From an uncultured Victivallales bacterium (lineage in GTDB: Bacteria; Verrucomicrobiota; Lentisphaeria; Victivallales; GWF2-45-14): DNA of 64,000 nt. The stretch spans positions 63 to 64,062 of the forward strand of contig CAZYVR010000002.1 in NCBI GenBank assembly GCA_964651145.1, written 5' to 3'. The position numbers were made by a program, and so were the translations under genes. This document shows positions 1 to 8,309 of the stretch, piece by piece (the first letter of the stretch is position 1; each line of letters begins with the position of its first letter). The notes beneath the pieces are model-generated. The model had not been told where the DNA came from. It was given only the letters and a program-made list of their open reading frames with translations, and did no database searches.

Positions 1-1155
1 ATCAACGGAGCGGAACAGAGCGTGGCCGGATATGTTTCCATTGGCGGAAGCAAAGAGGAAGAGCCGGAAAACATCCTTGAAAATTTGTCAGGGCGCGCCA
101 AGTCAATGACCGAGGACGAGCTTTCCGCTTCGCTGGAAAAATTTGAGAAAGCGTCAAAAGGACGAATCTCGTTCAAAGACGCGCTTGAGTCAACTGCCGA
201 CGTTTATTCAATGGGCTCTTTGCCTTCGGCGGACGCATTGAAGGCAAAGCCGTTCCCGCAGGGAAATGTTATTCGGGATGATTGGGGCATTATGAGCTTT
301 TCCACTCTGACAAAAGCCGCGCATGACGCTCATTATCTTGCGGAGGAGGACTTTGCAAAGGATGATGAATTGCTTGAGCCTCTTTCGCTGACCGAAGAAG
401 AAGCCGGGGCTCCTGCCGGATTCTTTGCCTTTCCGGCTGGGGCTCTTACTGGAAATTGCGTCCATAATATTTTCGAGGAAATTGAATTTTCGAGTGATGA
501 CCTTGACGCCAGAGAGCGTCTTGTCAGGTCTATGATTGAACTTTACGGCTTGAGCGGAGACGATGTTGATTCTCGAACAAAAGACCTCATGGAAATGGTT
601 GGCCGCGTCCTGAATTCGCCTCTTGGCGAAAACGGCTTTTGCTTGTCTGATGTCGCCGCGCAGAATCGTCTTGCGGAACTGGAATTTTATCATCCCGCCA
701 AAAAACTGACTCCCCGGCTTCTTCAAAAACTTGCGGCCGGATATCCGGAATTTTTCAGCGGCTTTTTTCCTGAAAGAATCGGCAGGCTTGACTTTAAGCC
801 GATGGAAGGCTTTATGCACGGCTTTATTGATTTAGTCTTCCAGCATGACGGCAAATATTATCTGCTTGACTGGAAAACAAATCATCTGGGCAACAACTGG
901 AGCGATTATGCGCCGGATAAATTGCGCGCCAGCATGGAGGAGTCTTTCTACGTTTTGCAGTATTTTATATACGTTGCCGCCTTGCATAAATATTTGTCGG
1001 TCAGATTGCCTAATTATGATTATGACGCGCATTTCGGCGGCGTCTTTTACGTGTATGTGCGCGGCGCAAATCCCGATATTCCCGGAAGCGGAATTTTTTA
1101 TGACCGCCCGCCAAAAAACTTTGTGGAGGAGTTTTGCGCTTTGTGCGTTTGTTGA
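1..1155 (+). CDS. recB: Exodeoxyribonuclease V beta subunit, C-terminal part including the nuclease domain (5' partial)
   Basis: Motifs GNCVHNIFE, GFMHGFIDLVF..YYLLDWKTN and LQY..Y (PD-(D/E)xK RecB nuclease); lies directly upstream of recD; the gene begins before the window. Confidence 0.93.
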   Translation: MNGAEQSVAGYVSIGGSKEEEPENILENLSGRAKSMTEDELSASLEKFEKASKGRISFKDALESTADVYSMGSLPSADALKAKPFPQGNVIRDDWGIMSFSTLTKAAHDAHYLAEEDFAKDDELLEPLSLTEEEAGAPAGFFAFPAGALTGNCVHNIFEEIEFSSDDLDARERLVRSMIELYGLSGDDVDSRTKDLMEMVGRVLNSPLGENGFCLSDVAAQNRLAELEFYHPAKKLTPRLLQKLAAGYPEFFSGFFPERIGRLDFKPMEGFMHGFIDLVFQHDGKYYLLDWKTNHLGNNWSDYAPDKLRASMEESFYVLQYFIYVAALHKYLSVRLPNYDYDAHFGGVFYVYVRGANPDIPGSGIFYDRPPKNFVEEFCALCVC

Positions 1156-1157
1156 AT

Positions 1158-3023
1158 ATGAAAAATCTATTGAAAAAAATGAAAAACGCCGGACTCTTGA
1201 ACAGCATTGACGTCAAGTTTGCCGAATATATGCAGCGCATTTCTGGCAACGGCGATGACGATTCCTTGCTGTTGGCGGCCGCTTTGGCTGGAAATGCTTT
1301 GATTAATGAAAAACACATCTGTCTTGATTTGGGCTTTTGCGCTGGAAAATCAATTCTGGAAATATTTCCGGAAATGCCATTTTCCTCGCGCTCCGAATTT
1401 GAAGACGCGCGCTGCCCCGCTCTTGAAGATTGGCTTGATTCCTTGAACGCCAGCTCGGCGGTTGGGAAGCCTGGCGATTATGTCCCATTGATTCTTGACT
1501 CGAAACAACGGCTTTATCTTTATCGATACTGGAATTATGAACATGAACTGGCAGGCAATATTCTCAAGCGCGCCAGACGTGAAAAAAACAATATTGACGC
1601 GCCTTTGCTCAAGGACGGCCTGGCCCGCTATTTTCCCGAGTCCGGCATTCTCCCTGATTGGCAGAAGGTCGCCGCATGCGCCGCGGTCACAAATAATTTC
1701 TGTGTGATATCCGGCGGTCCGGGGACAGGCAAAACCACAACTGTTGCCAAAATATTAGGCTTGCTTTTGGAGCAGGCCAAAGAGGAATCCCTTGACATTG
1801 AGCTTGCCGCTCCGACCGGAAAAGCCGCCGCCAGGCTTTTGGATTCAATTAAAAACGCGGCGGACAAACTCCCGTGCCAGAACAATGTGAAGGCAAAAAT
1901 GCCGGAGCGTTCAAGTACTATCCATCGCCTCCTTGGCTATATCCCTGATTCTCCGTATTTCAGATTCAATAAAGACAATCCATTGCCCCTGGATGTTTTG
2001 ATTGTGGATGAGGCTTCAATGTTGCCGTTGCCGCTGATGGCAAAACTTTTTGAAGCTGTTTCGGAAAAGGCAAAAATTATTTTGCTTGGCGACAAAGACC
2101 AGCTTGCGTCCGTGGAGGTGGGAGCTGTTTTTAATGATATAATGGAAGCGGCCAATATCAATAATTTTTCGCAAGCCTTTTGCCGGGAATATATGGAGCT
2201 GACTGATATAAACATGGCTGAGGAATGTCTTTCAGAAGCGCGTTCCTCTCTCGTAGATTGCGCCGTGCTTCTGACTCATAGTTACCGCTTTGATTCCAGG
2301 CGCGGAATAGGGCTTTTGAGCAGCTCCGTCAATTCCGGCGAAGCAACGCGCGCGCTTGAAATAATAGATTCCTCAAAGGACACTGTGGCGCGACAGCCTC
2401 TTCCGGGCGCGAATAAATTTAAAAGCGCTTTGCGTTGCAAAGTTGAAGAGTATTTTTTTCCATATTTTGCGGCGGCGGACATAGCGTCCGCCTATGCAGC
2501 CTTCAGTTCTTTTAGCATTTTGGCAGTTGCCCGCGAAGGGAGATGTGGCGTGAAAAGCATAAACGGCATCATTGAAAATATTCTAAAGGATATGGGCGTC
2601 AGCGGGGCAGGGAACGCCTTTTATCATGGACGCCCCGTAATGATTGCGAAAAATGACTACAATTTGGGCCTGTTTAATGGAGATGTCGGCTTGTTGTGGG
2701 AAGACGACGGCGGCGGATTGCGCGCGTATTTTCCTCAGGGGGACGGTTCTTTTCGTGAGATAATGCCCGCGTCATTGCCGGAGCACAACACTGTTTTTGC
2801 CATGACTGTTCATAAATCTCAGGGCTCAGAATTCAACAGTGTTTTGATGGTTTTTCCGGAAAGAGACATGCCCGTTCTTTCAAGAGAACTTGTCTACACT
2901 GGCATCACCAGAGCGCGCGAATATGTCGAAGTATGGGCGGACGAAGCGGTCTTTAAACAGGTGGTCTCCCGTCGCATCCTCCGCCATTCCGGACTCCGCG
3001 ACGCTTTAGCACCAATTAACTGA
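1158..3023 (+). CDS. recD: Exodeoxyribonuclease V alpha subunit (SF1B helicase)
   Basis: Walker A GGPGTGKTTT, APTGKAA, DEASM, GDKDQLASV, TVHKSQGSEF, YTGITRA; start set at ATG 1158, 2 nt after the recB stop. Confidence 0.95.
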   Translation: MKNLLKKMKNAGLLNSIDVKFAEYMQRISGNGDDDSLLLAAALAGNALINEKHICLDLGFCAGKSILEIFPEMPFSSRSEFEDARCPALEDWLDSLNASSAVGKPGDYVPLILDSKQRLYLYRYWNYEHELAGNILKRARREKNNIDAPLLKDGLARYFPESGILPDWQKVAACAAVTNNFCVISGGPGTGKTTTVAKILGLLLEQAKEESLDIELAAPTGKAAARLLDSIKNAADKLPCQNNVKAKMPERSSTIHRLLGYIPDSPYFRFNKDNPLPLDVLIVDEASMLPLPLMAKLFEAVSEKAKIILLGDKDQLASVEVGAVFNDIMEAANINNFSQAFCREYMELTDINMAEECLSEARSSLVDCAVLLTHSYRFDSRRGIGLLSSSVNSGEATRALEIIDSSKDTVARQPLPGANKFKSALRCKVEEYFFPYFAAADIASAYAAFSSFSILAVAREGRCGVKSINGIIENILKDMGVSGAGNAFYHGRPVMIAKNDYNLGLFNGDVGLLWEDDGGGLRAYFPQGDGSFREIMPASLPEHNTVFAMTVHKSQGSEFNSVLMVFPERDMPVLSRELVYTGITRAREYVEVWADEAVFKQVVSRRILRHSGLRDALAPIN

Positions 3024-4271
3024 ACTTGCGGCTTTGCGCGGGAAAAGAATGCTTAAGAGCGTGTTTGCTTCGGGCGCTTTTTTGTCTTTTTGAACATTTA
3101 ATTCGGAAAAAGAACTCAAGCCCAGAACTAATCGAAGCATATCAGTTTCATGGAGCTTGATGTTTGCGTCGCTGTTTTCGTTTTTTGAAATTGAAATATT
3201 TCCTTTGTCTATTATCAAAAAAACAGATTCTTTTCCTATTCCAAGTGACAAGCTTCCTTCCCAGTTTGAAGCCATTGATTTTTGAAGGCGTTGTTCCAGT
3301 TCAGGCTTCATTCTTGAAAAAATTGAATGCAGGTTTACAATTTGCAGCATATTGCTGGAAATGCCGCCATAAGTCTCGATTGTTTTGAAACGGAGCGGAA
3401 GCTCTGTCAGAGCCTGGATGATGCTTGAGTCAAATGGCATGCGCGCTGTCATTCTTTTTATCCCTTTTTTAAACGCATAATTATTTATATGCGCCAATAA
3501 CGCCTGAATGACATAGGGCTTTTGGGGGTCATATCCATGAAGGTGGATTCTTATTCTTGCTTCAAAATCGCTGATTTCATCTTCGCTTTCAGTTGTTTGG
3601 ATATGTCCAATTATTTTGCCGTTTTCTTCATAGACAAGATTAAGCGGGTCTCTTTTTTTGCATTGCGCAGGCTGTTTTTTTTCTTCCGCTGAAAGAACTC
3701 TGCTTCCATTGTAAAGGCTGTTGAAATTTTCTGAAAGTACCAAGGCGCTTGCGTGGTCTTTAGCAGAATGAAAAGGCCTTATTTTTGCGAGGCATTCCTT
3801 TGCTATGGGGACGGCTCCTTCAATAATTCGCGACGCGCCAGCGCGCGCCACTGTTCCCACGTTGAACTCGAAGTATCTGCGCGAGAATCTTTTGTAGCCA
3901 AATCTGGAATAGTATTTGCAGAGGCCACCGAGTCTGGATAGATCGTAATCGCACTTGTTCATCCATTTGATGGTGTCCTCGAGAATCAATGTGCCAAGGC
4001 CCTTTCCCTGCATTTCCGGGTGAATGCAGACGCCGCCAACATCGCCTTTTAGAATTTTGGCTTTGCCTATGCGCAGCCAATCTTTCTTTATATGGACGGC
4101 TCCGATTATCCTGCCGTTCTCCAGCATTATCCGCCATTGCTTCAATTCGTGGCTTATGTCAGCTTTTTTTTCGCTCCATTTTTTTGAGCCTTTTTTTAGG
4201 TCTTGATTAAATGCCGCCGAGGACACATAAAGCAATCCGTCAATGTCTTTTTTAGTGGCTGTTCTTATCAT
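3006..4271 (-). CDS. Eis-like GNAT acetyltransferase with a C-terminal SCP2-like domain
   Basis: GNAT motif A GDVGGVCIHPEMQGKGLGTLIL; YYSRFGY; C-terminal L.I.KGNISIS...L.RLVLG resembles the Eis sterol-carrier domain. Confidence 0.75.
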   Translation of the reverse strand: MIRTATKKDIDGLLYVSSAAFNQDLKKGSKKWSEKKADISHELKQWRIMLENGRIIGAVHIKKDWLRIGKAKILKGDVGGVCIHPEMQGKGLGTLILEDTIKWMNKCDYDLSRLGGLCKYYSRFGYKRFSRRYFEFNVGTVARAGASRIIEGAVPIAKECLAKIRPFHSAKDHASALVLSENFNSLYNGSRVLSAEEKKQPAQCKKRDPLNLVYEENGKIIGHIQTTESEDEISDFEARIRIHLHGYDPQKPYVIQALLAHINNYAFKKGIKRMTARMPFDSSIIQALTELPLRFKTIETYGGISSNMLQIVNLHSIFSRMKPELEQRLQKSMASNWEGSLSLGIGKESVFLIIDKGNISISKNENSDANIKLHETDMLRLVLGLSSFSELNVQKDKKAPEANTLLSILFPRKAASSVNWC

Positions 4272-4277
4272 TTTTTG

Positions 4278-6368
4278 CTACTCCTGAATAAGAATGTTTT
4301 TTCCGGGATCAAGCTTGGCTTTTAATCTTTTTCCCGAGCTGAGTTTTACGGTGAAGCTTCTTTGCTTGTCTCTTGTATTTTCAATCACAAGCTTTTTGAT
4401 TTTCCTATTTTTCATTTTAAAACTGACGCCAAGCCCGGACGCTGTGTAAATGTTGGAGAAGCTTAAGTTTTCCCAGCTTTCTGGAATGCCGGCGGCCACA
4501 AACAAGGTTTTTCCATTGTCCGCGGCAAGCATTGTGTTCAAGGCGTACACATATGCGGCGTGAGCTGAAAGGTATCCAAAGAGTATCCAGAACCCGTCAG
4601 GCCTAATTTTTTCAGGAAAAATGCCGTGAGTGTTTGTAAATTTTACAACATGCTTTAAGCGTTTGAAGGTTATTTTAGGGTCTATTGCCGAAAATGCAAT
4701 TGCCGCTTTGCATTCCGTCCATGGCCAGATCAGATTTCTGAATGTCCCAGGGTTTGTCATTCCCCATTCGCCCTGACTTTCTTTGTATGCGTTCCGAACA
4801 TTTAGCGCTCCTATCCCTTCCGGCTGGCTGAATAATTCATAAGTAAATGAAGCCGATGTTGTTCTTCTTGCGTTCTCCCATGGATATATAAGGCCATTGC
4901 GAATGTTGCCTTGCAGAGATATTTCAAGTCCAGCGAGAATTTGCTCGCAGTTGCAGTCTATTTTTTGGGATAATACGCGGCAACCTTCGATATAGCCTTT
5001 GAGTCCTTGAATCAAAGGAAGCAGGTGCGAAGTGTCGTTTAATCTGGGGATGTTTTCATCGGCTCCGCCTATTTCCTTTATTATATAGCTATTTCCTTTT
5101 TTGACAACAATTTCAGCAATAAGAAAATCAAGGATTTCCTTTATCAGAGGAAGCCTTTTTTTAAGCTCTGTCTTGTCGCCCCAGAAGCGGTATATGTCAA
5201 AGAGTTGCAACAGCATGCAGCAGTTGTTCCACTTTTGAATGTCAGGCATTTCTTTGGCGTTTTCAAAGTATGTGCTTATTCCGTCATAATTGCACATCCA
5301 AGGATAATATGCGCCTGGCCGCCCAAGGTCGGACGCGTATTTTTTTGCCATTTTTAGACCATGCTGATAAAAGTCCAAAAGCTTCTTGGCTGCTTCTCTT
5401 TGATTCGCGGTCACAAGGGCGCGCGCTACGAATGTCATGTCCCAGAAACATGCGTATCCTCCGCTCTTAAACGCGTCGTAAAGCCCTTCTGTCACGAAGC
5501 CTGTCTTTTTGTTTTGGGATGCTTTTATCATCCACAGACTTGTGTCGTATATCTTTTGCATTTCTGCGTCTGGCAATTTGACATCCGTTGCCGAGTGATA
5601 CTTTTTCCATAATTTGCGATGTTCTTTTTCTATCTGTTCAAAGCTTCCCTTTGCGGCTTTCTTTACCAATTCAAGGCTTTCCGCTTCTGAAGCTTTAGCA
5701 TGCGTGTTGTCCAGCATTGATACATATCGGGTGATGATTTCGCCTCTGTTGACATTGCTTGCTTCTATGGTTGCCACATCTGAAGCTTCATCTTTTATAA
5801 TCTGTTTGCCCGCGAAATCTATGCCCATGCAGATATGGCCTTTTATTTTTTCAAAAGAATATTTTCCGCGCGCAAAATTATTTTCATCATATGTATAGGA
5901 CATTTTTATTTTGTCAATTGCCGGATGATTCAAGTTTAAGTGCCATATTCGCGGAATCCTTCCGTAAAAGACAATGGACGGCTTGGCCCCTTCTGCTGTC
6001 CAAAGAACCTTGTAGTTTTCCACATATAAACCATCTTCCGTCAGGAACGTTTTTATGCGCATTTTTATGATGCACGCTTCAACGTCGGTTGTCAAAATAC
6101 CAGTCTTTGGATTGAAGTTTTGCTTGAATGAGCCTACTTCAAATAGCTCTCCGTCCGCTCCTGTTATTCTATAAGGAAACTGAGCGATTGGAATCATTCC
6201 TCTTTTTTTTGTTCTGTGCGTTAGTTTTTCCCAGCAGCATATTGCCCCTTCGTGTTGCTCCAGATGGATGTGCCCGCTGTCGCAATGCATGCTTCCCGAG
6301 TAGTCAACCATGACGGAATCAAGGCCGTTTCCAAGGGATAACGGGATATATGGTTTTTCAGGCTTCAT
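4278..6368 (-). CDS. (alpha/alpha)6-barrel glycoside hydrolase/phosphorylase, GH65-like
   Basis: YACFWDMTF resembles GH65 FWDTE; IKEIGGADEN resembles the GH65 GPDE general-acid region; C-terminal beta-domain LPESW..LSF..I....GL.VS; no signal peptide. Confidence 0.55.
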   Translation of the reverse strand: MKPEKPYIPLSLGNGLDSVMVDYSGSMHCDSGHIHLEQHEGAICCWEKLTHRTKKRGMIPIAQFPYRITGADGELFEVGSFKQNFNPKTGILTTDVEACIIKMRIKTFLTEDGLYVENYKVLWTAEGAKPSIVFYGRIPRIWHLNLNHPAIDKIKMSYTYDENNFARGKYSFEKIKGHICMGIDFAGKQIIKDEASDVATIEASNVNRGEIITRYVSMLDNTHAKASEAESLELVKKAAKGSFEQIEKEHRKLWKKYHSATDVKLPDAEMQKIYDTSLWMIKASQNKKTGFVTEGLYDAFKSGGYACFWDMTFVARALVTANQREAAKKLLDFYQHGLKMAKKYASDLGRPGAYYPWMCNYDGISTYFENAKEMPDIQKWNNCCMLLQLFDIYRFWGDKTELKKRLPLIKEILDFLIAEIVVKKGNSYIIKEIGGADENIPRLNDTSHLLPLIQGLKGYIEGCRVLSQKIDCNCEQILAGLEISLQGNIRNGLIYPWENARRTTSASFTYELFSQPEGIGALNVRNAYKESQGEWGMTNPGTFRNLIWPWTECKAAIAFSAIDPKITFKRLKHVVKFTNTHGIFPEKIRPDGFWILFGYLSAHAAYVYALNTMLAADNGKTLFVAAGIPESWENLSFSNIYTASGLGVSFKMKNRKIKKLVIENTRDKQRSFTVKLSSGKRLKAKLDPGKNILIQE

Positions 6369-6386
6369 GATAATATTCCCCTTTTT

Positions 6387-8300
6387 TTATTCAACATCAA
6401 CCCATATCGGGCTGCTCCAGGCCATTTCGCCGTCAATTTGCGTTGCGCGCAGGTAGTAGCATGCGCTTTCTGTTATTTTTTCATCCATAGTTTCTTTTTC
6501 AAATATCCCTTCGCGTCCTGGTTCAGGCGGATAGGGATACGTTGCCACGTCAAATGATCTCCATGTTTTATTGTCCTTTATTATCTGTGTGAGAAATGTT
6601 GTTTCCGTGCCATTGACTTTCAGTGAGATGCTTATGTCTGAATCTTTTTTGACTTTTATTTCCGACCCCATTGATTGTCCATTTATTTTGAAATCTAGGC
6701 ATATGCGCGCGCCGGTTGTGGCATAAACGCGCCTGGCATTCAAAGCTTCCCAAATACTTTCTCTTGTCAGGTCTTTTGCCAAAACAGCAGTCAAGCCGCC
6801 TTCATATCTTTGCTTTGAGCGGAGCCATTTTGTTTTGCCTGTTTGCCCGCTATGGCTGTCGCTGCCAGCCACAAAGCCGCATCTGTTTTTATTGTTTAAA
6901 AGCTTATGGATCGTATTTTTGTCATCGCCATTTTCTGGAATGCTTGGCAAGCCGTAACTGGGGCGCGCGCAGTCTTCATATTCATGGCTTCCCCAGCAGC
7001 TGTATATTTCTGCAAGCCGCATTTCAGGCGGAGCTTTATAATTCCATATTTTGCCGTTTCCCAGATGGAAATGAGGAATAATAATAACATCGCGTCCAGT
7101 CATTGCTTGATAGTATTTTTCCACGCCTATCATTGGTTGATGGTATCTCTCATCTTTTTCGCAATCCATTAATTCTTTAATGTTTAGATTTGGGTCAGGA
7201 CTGATCAAGCAATAATCGCAGACACTGGGATGCGCTGTTATTTCAAAACCGAAAAATGTGACATAGCGCCCTGGCTCGTTTGCCGCTTCTGTTTCCGCTT
7301 TTATTTTATCCCAAACATCTTCCCGAAAATCCAGATGGTCATTTATGGCCGCAAAATCAAGCGCGGCTTCTTTTCGCCCATAATCAAGAGCGTCCTTTAT
7401 TGTTCCAAGGCCGTCTGACGCGTATGTGTGGACATGGTATTCTCCCCAATAGATATTGCATTCATCGTCTCTTTTGCCCGCGCAAAAGTTGCTTGTTCCA
7501 ACAATGTCTCCGCATTCGGCTTCCACTCTGAAATCTTTTCCTGATTTATTTTTGAAAGTGAACTCTTTCACTCCTTTGTCTTCTTTGGCAAAAGTAATTA
7601 TTTTAGGCAAGTCAATATCATTGTCAGTCGCGAAAAGTGAAATTTCTCCTGTGAAATAAGGATCAATGTTGTCATTGAGGTCGGTTGCGTGAACTATTCC
7701 TCTGCCTGTTTCGTTATTGCTTGCTGACGGCAGGATAACTGTTGCTTTTTGGGCTGTTTTCCCGCAAACATCTACTCCAATTTGCTCTTCCAAAAGACTG
7801 TATCCGCTGATGCTTGCGCGCCTGTCTCCATGTGGGTCAATGGCAGTGACAAAATATGCCTTGCACGCAAAGAACGGAGCCTTGGCTCCTCTGTTTTCCG
7901 GCAACGAAATGTCCCCATATTTTAGGACAAGCTTTTTGTTGGCAGGGAGTCCTTCTGGAAATATAACAAAAATGTTTTTTCCGAAACGTCCAGAATGCCC
8001 GTCTTCAGTGAAGAAGCATGAATATGTCGGATTTATAGTGACTTTAGCCTTGGCTTCATTCTCTTCAGCAAGGCATGTGTAACCCACTACTGACGGATCA
8101 TCTATTTGCGGTGTTGTATAAAAATGAGGAACGGTTATTCGCAAAGACCCGCCTGGCGCGATATTTTTAGCGCATGCGTAAGACATTGCATACTCGTGCC
8201 ATGATTCTGTTTTTATGGTTTCGCCTGGTTCAATATCAAGATGTCCAAATCCTGATATTGTTTCCTCTTTCATCAATTTTGAAACTTCAGAGCTTAACAT
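6387..8300 (-). CDS. DUF3604 / PHP-like (CehA/McbA-type) metallohydrolase
   Basis: Metal-ligand motifs YWGEYHVHTYASDG, DFAAINDH, HFH, GFVAGSDSH; LTRESIWEALNARRVYATTG; C-terminal YYLRATQ.DGEMAWSSPIWV. Confidence 0.75.
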   Translation of the reverse strand: MLSSEVSKLMKEETISGFGHLDIEPGETIKTESWHEYAMSYACAKNIAPGGSLRITVPHFYTTPQIDDPSVVGYTCLAEENEAKAKVTINPTYSCFFTEDGHSGRFGKNIFVIFPEGLPANKKLVLKYGDISLPENRGAKAPFFACKAYFVTAIDPHGDRRASISGYSLLEEQIGVDVCGKTAQKATVILPSASNNETGRGIVHATDLNDNIDPYFTGEISLFATDNDIDLPKIITFAKEDKGVKEFTFKNKSGKDFRVEAECGDIVGTSNFCAGKRDDECNIYWGEYHVHTYASDGLGTIKDALDYGRKEAALDFAAINDHLDFREDVWDKIKAETEAANEPGRYVTFFGFEITAHPSVCDYCLISPDPNLNIKELMDCEKDERYHQPMIGVEKYYQAMTGRDVIIIPHFHLGNGKIWNYKAPPEMRLAEIYSCWGSHEYEDCARPSYGLPSIPENGDDKNTIHKLLNNKNRCGFVAGSDSHSGQTGKTKWLRSKQRYEGGLTAVLAKDLTRESIWEALNARRVYATTGARICLDFKINGQSMGSEIKVKKDSDISISLKVNGTETTFLTQIIKDNKTWRSFDVATYPYPPEPGREGIFEKETMDEKITESACYYLRATQIDGEMAWSSPIWVDVE

Positions 8301-8309
8301 TTTAAACCT

